Below are positions 40,142-50,064 of a stretch of DNA of 64,000 nucleotides, piece after piece (the first letter of the stretch is position 1; each line of letters begins with the position of its first letter). The DNA comes from Candidatus Paceibacter sp. (GTDB lineage: Bacteria; Patescibacteriota; Patescibacteriia; Magasanikbacterales; UBA922), in the NCBI GenBank assembly GCA_020725175.1, contig DYFM01000007.1:1054-65053 (forward strand), in the 5' to 3' direction. A program made the position numbers and the translations under genes. A model generated the notes under the pieces. It saw only the letters and a list, made by a program, of their open reading frames with translations. It ran no database searches and was not told the origin of the DNA.

Positions 40142-40333
40142 GTCAAAATTTGTAGTATGAAAAAATATTCTTCCAATCGAGCGCAAAAAGGAAAAACAGC
40201 TTATCGTACACCGAGTCGATTTAAGGTACAACAGTCGTTGTATCAAAAAATGGAAAGTGTGCAAACGGGAAAAAAGAAGCAATTATCTTATTATTCACAA
40301 AAGCAAAAACAATCGTAATATCTTTTATTATTT

Positions 40334-41026
40334 ATGGCACAACAATCAATAAAGATTTTATCAGTCGGAGGATCAATTATCATTCCCAAAACCGGTTTTG
40401 ATATTCCATTTTTAAAACAATTTCGTACATTAATTTTGTCGGAAATAAAAAAAGGTCAGAAGTTTATTATTACTATTGGAGGAGGGGCAACTTGTCGACA
40501 GTATCAAGAGGCCGCTCGACAGGTAAATCAACCAAACAACGAAGATTTGGATTGGATTGGTATTCACTCAACGATATTCAACGCGCAATTTGTGCGTTTT
40601 TTGTTTAAAGATGTTGCGCATAAAGATATTATCACTGATCCGACCAAAAAAATTAAAACTAACAAATCTTTGATTATCGCCGCTGGTTGGAAACCGGGGT
40701 GCTCGACTGATAATGATGCGGTATTGCTCGCCAAAACCTATGGCGCGAAAGAATTGTATAATCTTTCCAATATCGAACGAGTTTACGATAAAGATCCAAA
40801 TGTGTTTTCTGATGCTAAACCAATTGAGCAAATAGATTGGAAAACATTCCGAAAAGATATAGTAGGAAATGATTGGGATCCGGGAAAAAGCGCCCCATTT
40901 GATCCAATTGCTAGTAAAACTGCCGAAAAAATGAAGTTGCAGGTCAAAATTTTACAGGGGACAAATTTACCGGAAGTCCGAAAGGCTTTGGCTGGTAAAA
41001 AGTTTATTGGGACGATTATTGGTTAG
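40334..41026 (+). CDS. pyrH: Uridylate kinase, archaeal-type
   Basis: SVGGS, GGGATCRQY, DWIGI, PGCSTD, PFDPIA. Confidence 0.9.
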   Translation: MAQQSIKILSVGGSIIIPKTGFDIPFLKQFRTLILSEIKKGQKFIITIGGGATCRQYQEAARQVNQPNNEDLDWIGIHSTIFNAQFVRFLFKDVAHKDIITDPTKKIKTNKSLIIAAGWKPGCSTDNDAVLLAKTYGAKELYNLSNIERVYDKDPNVFSDAKPIEQIDWKTFRKDIVGNDWDPGKSAPFDPIASKTAEKMKLQVKILQGTNLPEVRKALAGKKFIGTIIG

Positions 41027-41040
41027 AAATGATACCATAT

Positions 41041-41110
41041 AGCTCAGGTCTTCAGGCCTGTGGTCTCATGGTAAGGTGAAAGTAAGTGTTCAGGCCTGAA
41101 GCCTTGAGCT
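41041..41110. repeat. REP-like inverted repeat
   Basis: AGCTCAGGTCTTCAGGCCTG ... CAGGCCTGAAGCCTTGAGCT (18/20). Confidence 0.75.
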
Positions 41111-41175
41111 GCGTGTTTCTTTATTACTTGATAATTTCATAGAACAGAGTTATAGTAACCCTATAACTCTTTTGT

Positions 41176-42279
41176 ATGTCGGAATCTCGATATCAGTTGT
41201 ATTCAAGTACCAAAGAGGCCTGGGAAGGTCTTTTTTCTGCTATCCAAAGTGCAAAAAAAAGCATCTATTGGGAGTTGTATATCTTTCTCGATGATGAGAT
41301 TGGAACGAAATTTTTTGATGTTCTTGAAGAAAAATCTCGAGCAGGTGTTGATGTGAAATTAATCGTAGATTCACTGGGAAGCTTTTGGATCCCGAGAAAG
41401 CGCGTGCAGTCGTTGAAAGAAAGTGGTGTTGATATTCACTTTTTTTATGATCGAACGAAGCGGATTCGTAGTTGGTGGAAAAGAATCTGGCACCGAACCC
41501 ATCGTAAGGTACTCATTGTTGATGAGCAGATAGGATTTATCGGTGGAGTAAATATAGATAAAAACATGGAAGACTGGCCGGACCTGCAAATTCGGATGGA
41601 AGGGCAGATAGTTCGTACGCTTCTTCGGTTTTTTGCCAAATCGTACATTATCTGCGGCGGACATCGAGAAAAAGTAGCACGGTTACTCAAGTACAAGTAT
41701 CGGGTAAAACATGCTGCCGACGGAGTGGAGTTAGTTTTTGATAAAGCCGGGAGTAGACGCTCAAAAGCCAGACAGCTCTACACCAATGCGCTGTTGAAAG
41801 CGAGAGAACGAGTGATTCTTTTTTCACCGTACTATGTGCCGGACAGAAAATTTTTGTATGCACTGTGGCAGGCGAGAAAACGAGGGGTACGGGTGGATTT
41901 TCTTATTCCGTTTCGGAGTGATTTACGGATTGTGACCTACGCAGCCTATGGTTTTTTTTCTCTCATGCAACGATATGGCGTACATATACACTTATCTGAT
42001 AAAATGATCCATGGAAAAGGGGTAGTGGTGGATGATGAATGGGCGATGATTGGGAGTAGTAATTTGGAATACACCAGCTTCAATGACAATTACGAGGCAA
42101 ATGTGAAGCTGTCTGATAAGCAGTTGGTGAAACAGCTCAAAGAAAAAATTAGCGAATGGTTTCGCTATACTCGTCCGTTTGATCAAGAGAAGTGGAAAAA
42201 AAGAAGTTGGCTCCATCGCGTAAAAGAAGTGGTAGCGATGTGGCTGTACCGTTTGTGGCACTGGCGAGCGAAAGAGTGA
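41176..42279 (+). CDS. Cardiolipin synthase-like phospholipase D
   Basis: Two HKD motifs: HRKVLIVD and HGKGVVVD. Confidence 0.9.
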   Translation: MSESRYQLYSSTKEAWEGLFSAIQSAKKSIYWELYIFLDDEIGTKFFDVLEEKSRAGVDVKLIVDSLGSFWIPRKRVQSLKESGVDIHFFYDRTKRIRSWWKRIWHRTHRKVLIVDEQIGFIGGVNIDKNMEDWPDLQIRMEGQIVRTLLRFFAKSYIICGGHREKVARLLKYKYRVKHAADGVELVFDKAGSRRSKARQLYTNALLKARERVILFSPYYVPDRKFLYALWQARKRGVRVDFLIPFRSDLRIVTYAAYGFFSLMQRYGVHIHLSDKMIHGKGVVVDDEWAMIGSSNLEYTSFNDNYEANVKLSDKQLVKQLKEKISEWFRYTRPFDQEKWKKRSWLHRVKEVVAMWLYRLWHWRAKE

Positions 42280-42305
42280 TGTGATGAACAGTGAACAGTG
42301 AAATT

Positions 42306-42722
42306 CTATTCAAGGTCTGGTAGGATGGAGAGGAAAAACTTTTTATCTTTTCGATGTGTCAAGAGGTCGGCAACATCTTCTTTTTTTACCCATCGAGCCT
42401 CAGGGTTATATGGATCGCGTGGTTGGAGCTCCATTTGGTTCGTCCGAAAGAGAAACATGGTAATTTTCTTTTTAGGGTGCTTCGTGTCATCGCCTCCGTC
42501 TAGTGCGGTTCCATATCGTTCATACTCACCCAGTTTTTTTATGAAATCCAGTTGTGAAACTCCTGTTTCTTCAAAAATTTCTCGTTTGGCTGCTTCGAGA
42601 CTTTCTTCACCCGGATCAATACCTCCTTTGGGGAGTGACCAGCTAGTTCTTTTTTGATTTACTACAAGTACCTCTTGTTTTTCATTGAGTACCACCCCTC
42701 CTGCTGTCAGTCTTAATTCCAT
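42306..42722 (-). CDS. NUDIX hydrolase
   Basis: GGIDPGEESLEAAKREIFEETG. Confidence 0.92.
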   Translation of the reverse strand: MELRLTAGGVVLNEKQEVLVVNQKRTSWSLPKGGIDPGEESLEAAKREIFEETGVSQLDFIKKLGEYERYGTALDGGDDTKHPKKKITMFLFRTNQMELQPRDPYNPEARWVKKEDVADLLTHRKDKKFFLSILPDLE

Positions 42723-42727
42723 AGTTG

Positions 42728-43165
42728 TTACATTTTTTGAAGGGTAATCGTTCTTTCTTGTTCGGCGATGTGCTCAAAATATACGTTTATCACTTGTTTG
42801 TTTATAAGTAGCTCTTGTATTTTTTCCGGCCATTCAATGAAGCAAATCGTATCCTTTTTTCCTAGATAATCTTCAATCCCGATATCTATCAAATCTTCTT
42901 CGTTTTCTAATCGATATGTATCAACATGAATTATGTTTAGGATATCAGATTTAGGATTTTTGATTTCGTAAGCGTTCATGAGGGTGAAGGTGGGGCTGAC
43001 AACATCATCTGTTATACCAAATGCTTCTGCAATGCCTTTCACAAACGTTGTTTTTCCGGCCCCAAGATCGCCATGAAGTAATACAATATCTCCACCGGTT
43101 AATGTGGAAGCAAATTCCTGGGCAATTTTTTTGGTTTGTTCGGGGGAATTGGTGGTGTGGGGCAT
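42728..43165 (-). CDS. tsaE: tRNA t6A biosynthesis ATPase TsaE
   Basis: GDLGAGKTTF, SPTF, H.D.YRL, IEW. Confidence 0.95.
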   Translation of the reverse strand: MPHTTNSPEQTKKIAQEFASTLTGGDIVLLHGDLGAGKTTFVKGIAEAFGITDDVVSPTFTLMNAYEIKNPKSDILNIIHVDTYRLENEEDLIDIGIEDYLGKKDTICFIEWPEKIQELLINKQVINVYFEHIAEQERTITLQKM

Positions 43166-43175
43166 ATTTTATGAT

Positions 43176-43669
43176 ATTCTACTCGGCTTTAGTCGAGGTT
43201 TGGTTGACCTTTAGGTCATAAACTTTTAACAGCCAGCTCCTTAAAGCCCGTTGAACTATCTTGTTGACGGGAAAAAATGAAAGAATCTATTTCACCGATG
43301 ACAATTTCCGCTGTTGTGTAAACAATGCAACCTCCTTTCATGTGACCACCAATTGTATTCCCTTTTTCATCAGATAACGAAACATGAAGATGACAACCCT
43401 CGGGCGAAAGTGTGCCAACGAGTGAGACTATTTCAAATTTTTGTTCAAAAGTCTTTGTGATATTTTCATCAGCCAGACGAAGTGTGGCTTTTGTAAGACT
43501 TCCGACGCAGGTGAGAATAACTCCAGCTTTAATACCATGTTCATTGACAAAGTGAACTATTGTTTCCTTCAAATCCTGCTCTGGCAAAAGACGGAAAGCG
43601 TGATACCTCATATTTTTTGATTAATTTTGACCTAAAGGTCAGTGAACCTCGGCTAAAGCAGAGTAGAAT
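43176..43669. mobile_element. REP-like inverted-repeat cassette enclosing a DUF296 gene
   Basis: ~43 bp arms at 43176-43218 and 43628-43669, each containing a CTCGGCTTTAGYCGAGG-type palindrome and TGACCTTTAGGTCA. Confidence 0.6.
43216..43611 (-). CDS. PPC/DUF296 domain protein
   Basis: EIVSLVGT, HLHVSLSD..G...GGH, TTAEIV. Confidence 0.92.
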   Translation of the reverse strand: MRYHAFRLLPEQDLKETIVHFVNEHGIKAGVILTCVGSLTKATLRLADENITKTFEQKFEIVSLVGTLSPEGCHLHVSLSDEKGNTIGGHMKGGCIVYTTAEIVIGEIDSFIFSRQQDSSTGFKELAVKSL

Positions 43670-43671
43670 GA

Positions 43672-44943
43672 TTATGATGGCAACAGAAATGAGCCACACA
43701 TTTCCTTCACCTCTGCATGAATTGTGTTCAACGTCGTATCATCACCAACACTCTGTAACGCTCGATCAATAAAACCGGCAATTGTTTTCATTTCAGATTC
43801 CTTCATTCCACGAGTTGTTAGTGCCGGAGTGCCAAGCCGAATTCCTGATGGGTCAAAGGGTTTTCTGGGATCATGAGGAACGGTATTTTTGTTTACTGTT
43901 ATACCGGCTTTTCCGAGTGCCAATTCAGCTTGGGTGCCAGTAATTTGTTTGTTGGTCAAATTTATCAGCATGAGATGTGTTTCTGTACCGCCGGTGACCA
44001 GGTTGTAGCCTTTTGTCATAAGTTCTTCTGCAAGTACTTTGGCATTGGTGACTACTTGCTCAGCATAAACTTTAAACTCTGGCTGCATAGCTTCTTTTAG
44101 AGCTACGGCAATAGCGGCTGTTTGGTGGTTGTGTGGACCACCTTGGATTCCAGGAATAATGGCTCGGTCTACCAGAGTCGGAATATTCTCTTTGGTGCGT
44201 TCTACTGACTGGAGTGGGGTAGATGGGTTACCATTGGCAAGAATAATCGCACCACGAGGCCCACGGAGTGTTTTGTGGGTCGTGGTAGTAACCACATCAG
44301 CAATACCAACCGGATTTGGATGAACTCCACCAGCCACTAGTCCGGCAACGTGGCTCATGTCAGCCAGTAAAAACGCACCAACTTCGTCGGCAATTTCTTT
44401 GTACTTTGCCCATTCATAAGTACGAGCATAGGCACTACCGCCGGCAACGATAAGTTTTGGCTTGTGTTCGAGAGCTAGTCGGCGCATTTCGTCGATATCA
44501 ATATAACCATCTTCTCGACAGCCATATTGAATACTGTTAAAAAAGGTTCCAGAAAAATTGACCTTGAGTCCGTGGGTCATGTGTCCGCCGTGGTACAGTT
44601 TGAGTCCCATAAGAGTATCTCCCGGATTCAGTAGTGCAACATATACTGCAATATTTGCTGGACAACCCGAATGTGGTTGAACATTGGCGTGCGTTGCACC
44701 AAAAAGCTGTTTGGCCCGATCGCGCGCCAGGTTTTCTACTACGTCAACATTTTCGCAACCGCCATAGTAACGCATGCCCGGATAACCTTCGGAATATTTA
44801 TCGGTTAGTCGTGAGCCAAGTGCTTCGAGTACTGCTTGGGACGTATGATTTTCGGAGGGGATCATTTCTAGTCCTTCGGATTGGCGAGTGATTTCTTTTT
44901 GGATGAGATTATATATTTCTGGATCTTTTTGTTGTAAATTCAT
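43672..44943 (-). CDS. glyA: Serine hydroxymethyltransferase
   Basis: [40 protein letters not shown]. Confidence 0.97.
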   Translation of the reverse strand: MNLQQKDPEIYNLIQKEITRQSEGLEMIPSENHTSQAVLEALGSRLTDKYSEGYPGMRYYGGCENVDVVENLARDRAKQLFGATHANVQPHSGCPANIAVYVALLNPGDTLMGLKLYHGGHMTHGLKVNFSGTFFNSIQYGCREDGYIDIDEMRRLALEHKPKLIVAGGSAYARTYEWAKYKEIADEVGAFLLADMSHVAGLVAGGVHPNPVGIADVVTTTTHKTLRGPRGAIILANGNPSTPLQSVERTKENIPTLVDRAIIPGIQGGPHNHQTAAIAVALKEAMQPEFKVYAEQVVTNAKVLAEELMTKGYNLVTGGTETHLMLINLTNKQITGTQAELALGKAGITVNKNTVPHDPRKPFDPSGIRLGTPALTTRGMKESEMKTIAGFIDRALQSVGDDTTLNTIHAEVKEMCGSFLLPS

Positions 44944-44958
44944 ATGGGTAAAATAAAA

Positions 44959-45055
44959 TAGACCACGCCTGCCCGCCTTGGGAGGGGATTAAACGGATTG
45001 AACGAATCAAGACGGATCCGTTAGAATCCGTTTTATTCGTCTAATCCGAAGTCTA
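44959..45055. repeat. ~97 bp gene-less family A element with nested CCTGCCCGCCTTGGGAGGG
   Basis: TAGACC...GTCTA ends; CGGAT/ATCCG 9-mers. Confidence 0.85.
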
Positions 45056-45078
45056 TTTAAATTCTAAGGACTCGAAAA

Positions 45079-45491
45079 TCATAAAGTATTTTTATATTCT
45101 TCAATAACCGCCTTCACATTCGGTGCTGAGTCTTCCGGTAAATTATCAATATCAAACCAATCCCATCCCATTCAACAATATTTGCACCCGGAGTCACTTC
45201 GCCAATTCTGTTCGCAAGGTAATGTATCAAAATTGCAATTTTGTCTGGTGTATCCGGTCTGTATACCAACATTGGTTTTAGTGGTCTCAAAATTTCTACC
45301 TCAAGTCCCATTTCTTCCATTACTTCGCGTTTGCAGGCTTCTTCAAGAGAAATATCAAACCGCTCAACCTCTCCACCAGGAAACAGCCAGGGTGTGATAC
45401 CGTTTGGTTTTTGTTCTTTGTTGAGTAGAACTTTATTATTCTCAACAATAACCGGTCCGGAGGCGATGATGGAGTTTGGGGGGAGGATCAT
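45079..45491 (-). pseudogene. NUDIX hydrolase frameshifted by a 5-bp duplication
   Basis: NUDIX box GG..E....LEEACKREVMEEMG; TCCCATCCCA at 45161-45170; a single copy restores EWDWFDIDNLP...EYKNTL*. Confidence 0.75.
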
Positions 45492-45499
45492 GTGTTGAA

Positions 45500-45570
45500 A
45501 GACAAAAGTTATAAGTCTAAAGTTCTGCAATTGTTACGGCTGACTTATGACTTTAGACTTTAGACTCAGT
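45500..45570. repeat. Heptamer periodic hairpin (AAGTCTA/TAGACTT)
   Basis: AAAGTTATAAGTCTAAAG...GACTTATGACTTTAGACTTTAGACT; same unit at 59676-59707. Confidence 0.7.
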
Positions 45571-45628
45571 TTATTTACATCATTTCACACCCATGATACC
45601 ATGGAACTATTCCTCTGACAAACAACTT

Positions 45629-46882
45629 ATGAACAGTCTAAAATTAGCCAAAAATCACGTTCCTTTAGCCGATCGGATGCGACCGAGGAATTTTGCTGAA
45701 TTTGTGGGGCAAGAAGAGATCGTGGGAGAAGGAAAATTGCTGCGGCGTTTGATTGAGCAGGGTACATTGCGTTCTGTTATCTTTTGGGGGCCTCCTGGAA
45801 CAGGAAAGACAACTCTAGCCAATATTATTGCTCATGAAACTGAATCACAGTTTGTATCTTTGTCGGCGGTTACTGATGGCAAAAAAGACTTGTTGAGGGT
45901 TGTTAAAGATGCTGAAGAACTACTAAAAACAGGGGGTAAAAAAACTATCCTTTTTATTGACGAAATCCATCGCTGGAGCAAAGCTCAGCAAGATGCTCTA
46001 TTACCTTACGTGGAAAAGGGGATTGTGACGCTGGTTGGGGCGACGACTGAGAATCCATCGTTTGAAATCATTGGAGCGTTGTTGTCTCGTTCACAAGTGT
46101 TTATTTTAAAGCATTTGGATGAAAAACATCTTACACAATTAATTCAGAACGCACTCGAAGATAAAGAACGAGGGGTAAAGAAAGATAGTGATATCAATAT
46201 CGATATCAATACGGAGACTATTGAGTTGTTGGCTGGCCTGTCTGGTGGCGATGCTCGTCAGGCATTGAATGCGCTCGAGATTGCGGTGTTGTCAAAAGTG
46301 AATGTTCAGACAAAGAAGTCTATTTATATCGCTAAAGATGATATAAAAGAGGCATTACAAAGAACACATTTGGTGTTCGATAAAAAAGGGGAGGAATTTT
46401 ATAATCTTATTTCGGCATTGCACAAATCCATGCGGGGGTCTGATGCAAGTGCATCATTGTACTGGCTTGCTCGGATGTTGGAAGGTGGGGCAGATCCGCT
46501 ATATGTTGCTCGGCGGGTGCTTCGGTTTGCGAGTGAGGATATTGGTATGGCAAATAGTGAAGCAATGATTCAGGCCAACGCGGCGTATGATGCTTGTCAT
46601 AAACTTGGGATGCCGGAGTGTGCTGTTCATCTTGCACAAGCCGTGGTTTATTGTGCAAAATCAAAAAAATCAAATGTGCTATACACTGCGTATGGAAAAG
46701 CTGCTCGGGATGCCAAGGAAACTTCGCACTTAGGTGTTCCGTTGCATCTGCGAAATGCACCGACAAAATTTATGAAGGATATTGGATATGGAAAGGACTA
46801 TAAGTATAATCCGGATTTTAATGAGCCGGTGGAGCAGGATTATTTGCCGGAAGATTTAAAAGGTAAAGATTATTTGTCGTAG
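45629..46882 (+). CDS. rarA: Replication-associated recombination protein A (RarA/MgsA)
   Basis: PLADRMRP, GPPGTGKTT, DEIHR, ISALHKSMRGSD, VPLHLRNAPT. Confidence 0.96.
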   Translation: MNSLKLAKNHVPLADRMRPRNFAEFVGQEEIVGEGKLLRRLIEQGTLRSVIFWGPPGTGKTTLANIIAHETESQFVSLSAVTDGKKDLLRVVKDAEELLKTGGKKTILFIDEIHRWSKAQQDALLPYVEKGIVTLVGATTENPSFEIIGALLSRSQVFILKHLDEKHLTQLIQNALEDKERGVKKDSDINIDINTETIELLAGLSGGDARQALNALEIAVLSKVNVQTKKSIYIAKDDIKEALQRTHLVFDKKGEEFYNLISALHKSMRGSDASASLYWLARMLEGGADPLYVARRVLRFASEDIGMANSEAMIQANAAYDACHKLGMPECAVHLAQAVVYCAKSKKSNVLYTAYGKAARDAKETSHLGVPLHLRNAPTKFMKDIGYGKDYKYNPDFNEPVEQDYLPEDLKGKDYLS

Positions 46883-46883
46883 T

Positions 46884-47414
46884 ATGAAAAAGTTCCTCCT
46901 TCACGTCTGTTGCGGACCGTGCAGTATCATTATTCTACAAGAACTTCAAAAACAGTATGATCTCACTGTTCATTTTTATAATCCCAACATTCACCCTCGA
47001 GAAGAATACGATATTCGCCGAGATGAGTTGGTTGCATTATGTGAAGAAATGAAGATCCCGGTGGTTGAGGAAGAATACAATGTTGATGAATGGTTTAGGA
47101 GGACGAAGGGCTTGGAAGAAGAGTCTGAAGGTGGAAAGCGTTGTCGAGTTTGTTTTCACATGCGTCTTGATCGGGTGGCTCGGTATGCCAAGGAACATGA
47201 TTTTGATTTGTTTAGTACCAGCCTGACCATGGGGCGAAATAAAAAAGCGGAGGTCATCAATCCCCTTGGCATTGCTTTAGGAAAAGCACATGGGGTTGAA
47301 TTTTATGTTGAAAACTGGAAGAAAAAGGGGAGAATCGATCTGGCGACTGCTATTACGAAAGAACGAGGGATGTATCGGCAGGAGTATTGTGGTTGTGTGT
47401 ATTCAGATAAGTAG
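46884..47414 (+). CDS. queH: Epoxyqueuosine reductase QueH (DUF208)
   Basis: LLHVCCGPCS, YNPNIHP, RC.VC, YRQEYCGC. Confidence 0.92.
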   Translation: MKKFLLHVCCGPCSIIILQELQKQYDLTVHFYNPNIHPREEYDIRRDELVALCEEMKIPVVEEEYNVDEWFRRTKGLEEESEGGKRCRVCFHMRLDRVARYAKEHDFDLFSTSLTMGRNKKAEVINPLGIALGKAHGVEFYVENWKKKGRIDLATAITKERGMYRQEYCGCVYSDK

Positions 47415-49095
47415 TACTACTCTTCTTCACCATATAACTCCCAACCTTCCGATACCCTAACTTCCGATAATACCCACGAACTCCCACTCCAGAAATAACG
47501 GCAACTTTCGAGAAGCCGTTTTTTTGCGCGATTTTTTCCGCTTCTGTCATAAGTTTTTTTCCATACCCTTTATGTTGAGTAGCCGTACTATCCTTGTCGC
47601 CTATTTTTACCAACTGACCATACACATGCAATTCCCGAATAAAGGCACAGTGTTTTATTTCAGGCATGAGTTTGAATAATTGTTTTCTTTGTTCTACCTG
47701 TTTGGGATCTTTGATAAGTGATAGGTTTGGAAGTCTCAATCGTAGGAAGCCATATACCGCAATTCGGTTTGGATCTTCAAGAGTAATAAAATACTCTATT
47801 CCGCCATCAGTTTCGTAGGTATCTACAAAAAGTTCTGGTTCAGTTTCTTGAGGAAGGTATTTTTCTTGTCTGGTAATTTCACGACAGCGCAAGCAAACAC
47901 ATTTTTTTCCTTGTTTTTTTAGTTCGTGCTCCAGAACCTCCCGTAAATTGGTCACGATATTGCCATCTTCAATTTCCGTAGCCGGAATATCTCTGATCAG
48001 ACGAGAGATACGGCAGTAGCGTGGTGTAGCCAGTTTCATTTCAAGTAGAGCATGAAACAACGCTTCATCGCCGTATGATTTATACCGTCCATCGAGAAAC
48101 CACTGATACAGCTCGGCTGATTTGATAACCGTGTTTGGGTATATCTTCACCATGTCCGGACGTAATCCAGGGTCTTCAAATAAAAATTTGTACATCTCCA
48201 CATCATGTTCTGGTGTTGTTCCGGGTAGATCGGGCATGAAATGTAGGTCAACTTTAAAACCAGCTTCACGGAGCAGCCAAATGGCATCTTTAAATTGCTG
48301 AACCGTGTGTCCTCGTTTTACAAGATCGAGAATTTGATCATCTGGGGCTTGAAGTCCTAGTTCTACCCTGGTACAACCTTGTCTACGCATATGGTAAATG
48401 GTTCGCGGTGAAATTGCGTCTGGTCTAGTTTCTAGTGTGATACCAATAATGCGATGCTTGGCTGATTCATTGTAGCGCTGTTCTATTTCCACTGCTTGCT
48501 GTAGTTCTTCTATTTGTTTATTATTCCAATGTGATTCTTTGGTGGGAGGAGTAGGTTTTCGACGGGAAAAATTATTACACGCCTTGAATGATTCAAGAAT
48601 GTACCAGTACTGGTATTTGAGTGGATAGGCGTTCCATGTACCACCTTTGGTGATGTACTCAATTTTGTCAGTGGGATGACCATTGGATTCAAGCATTTCG
48701 ATTCGTTTTTGCATCAGAAGATATGGATCAAAATCCAGCCGAAGAGAACGAGCTGCTGCTGGTTCAGAGGCTATATAACTTTTCGGCATGCGTGTTTCGG
48801 TTGGACAGTAGATACACTTACCTGGACAGGTATACGGTTTTAGAAGGGAAGTAATTACAGCTATACCCGAAGTGCTACGAACGCCGGCTTTTCGGAGAAA
48901 CATTTCCACAGCTTCGCTTTTTTTAACCCTTTTCATTTTCAGTAATTTCTGATAGGATTGCATGAGCTCTTTATTGGTTGGTTGAGAAATGCCGAGCTGA
49001 CTACAAAATTTGTTCTTCAACCGTTCAAAAGCAGCCCGATCCTTTGGATTGTGCTCTATAATAAGAGAAATTATTTGATCAAAATTACTGTTCAT
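47353..49095 (-). CDS. elp3: Elp3 tRNA U34 carboxymethyltransferase (radical SAM + KAT)
   Basis: CPGKCIYCP, PKSY...EPA, GGT, ETRPD, KIYP, RLIRDIP, RELHVYG, QHKGYG, ISGVGVRGYY. Confidence 0.93.
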   Translation of the reverse strand: MNSNFDQIISLIIEHNPKDRAAFERLKNKFCSQLGISQPTNKELMQSYQKLLKMKRVKKSEAVEMFLRKAGVRSTSGIAVITSLLKPYTCPGKCIYCPTETRMPKSYIASEPAAARSLRLDFDPYLLMQKRIEMLESNGHPTDKIEYITKGGTWNAYPLKYQYWYILESFKACNNFSRRKPTPPTKESHWNNKQIEELQQAVEIEQRYNESAKHRIIGITLETRPDAISPRTIYHMRRQGCTRVELGLQAPDDQILDLVKRGHTVQQFKDAIWLLREAGFKVDLHFMPDLPGTTPEHDVEMYKFLFEDPGLRPDMVKIYPNTVIKSAELYQWFLDGRYKSYGDEALFHALLEMKLATPRYCRISRLIRDIPATEIEDGNIVTNLREVLEHELKKQGKKCVCLRCREITRQEKYLPQETEPELFVDTYETDGGIEYFITLEDPNRIAVYGFLRLRLPNLSLIKDPKQVEQRKQLFKLMPEIKHCAFIRELHVYGQLVKIGDKDSTATQHKGYGKKLMTEAEKIAQKNGFSKVAVISGVGVRGYYRKLGYRKVGSYMVKKSSTTYLNTHNHNTPADTSLVLS

Positions 49096-49104
49096 ACTAG
49101 TACA

Positions 49105-49248
49105 TATAATCCAAATCTACACTTCTGAATCTACAAACATGTATCCGAATCTTCGAATTAACGAATCAACGAATCAACGAATGTTTACGGCATTTGTAAC
49201 ATTCGGAGATTTGTAGATTCGGATACAAATTCGTAAATTAGGATGATA
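49105..49248. repeat. Periodic hairpin element family C
   Basis: ATCCGAATCTTCGAAT..ACGAAT repeats with mirror ATTCGGAGATTTGTAGATTCGGAT. Confidence 0.8.
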
Positions 49249-49250
49249 CT

Positions 49251-49943
49251 ATGATCTCCCCAAGACAAATTATTGAACAAAACAGAAAGGTGTATAATGC
49301 CATTGCTGCCCATTTTTCGCAAACTCGGGAGTTTGTTTGGGCTGACCTGAAACCGCTCGCGAAGTATACCAGAGATGGGGATACTGTACTAGATCTGGGA
49401 TGCGGGAATGGTCGATTATATCAAATTTTCGCAGATTTGCAAGTTCGGTACGTAGGAATCGATCAAAGTGAAGAACTGATTGCTCTTGCGAAGAAAAAAT
49501 TTCCAGAAGCGCGTTTTTTGGTGGGAAACATGCTTGATACGAGAGTTACCGAACAGTCGGTCGATGTGGTATATTGTATTGCCGCGTTTCAGCACATTCC
49601 GACAACAGAACTTCGTCTACAAGTACTTCGAGAAATTAAGCGGGTGTTAAAACCAGGAGGAACGCTCATTATGACCAATTGGAATTTATACAGTGACTGG
49701 GCACGTAAAAAGTATACGGGAGATGAACAAGGAGATTATTATATTCCTTGGAAAACCTCATTTGGAAAAAATCTCGGGACACGGTATTATCATGGTTTTT
49801 TGTTGGAAGAACTCTTGGATTTGACTGAACAGACAGGTTTTGAGATGTGTGAACAGTATTATGTAAAACGGGGAGAAGTGGCAAGTATTGGAAATGGGAA
49901 CAATATTATTTCTATTGCTAAGCCTGTGGAAAAGTCAGATTAG
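49251..49943 (+). CDS. Class I SAM methyltransferase, Trm9/ALKBH8-like
   Basis: VYNAIAAHFSQTR..W, DLGCGNGR, IAAFQHI..R...L.EI.RVLKPGG, RYYH.F..EEL. Confidence 0.8.
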   Translation: MISPRQIIEQNRKVYNAIAAHFSQTREFVWADLKPLAKYTRDGDTVLDLGCGNGRLYQIFADLQVRYVGIDQSEELIALAKKKFPEARFLVGNMLDTRVTEQSVDVVYCIAAFQHIPTTELRLQVLREIKRVLKPGGTLIMTNWNLYSDWARKKYTGDEQGDYYIPWKTSFGKNLGTRYYHGFLLEELLDLTEQTGFEMCEQYYVKRGEVASIGNGNNIISIAKPVEKSD

Positions 49944-50064
49944 ACGGATGTGTTTTCACGTGTTATGCTAAAAAAGGCGATATATATCAGCCTTTTTTAT
50001 TTTTCTTTTTACTGCACCTACATTACTGTTTATTACAGGTAAAACGATATTAGGTATCTTTCCT

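Noticed and set aside
47353-47414. 62-bp convergent overlap of queH and elp3 as antisense regulation
   Set aside because: The Elp3 tail lies beyond the conserved end and looks like simple stop-codon drift.
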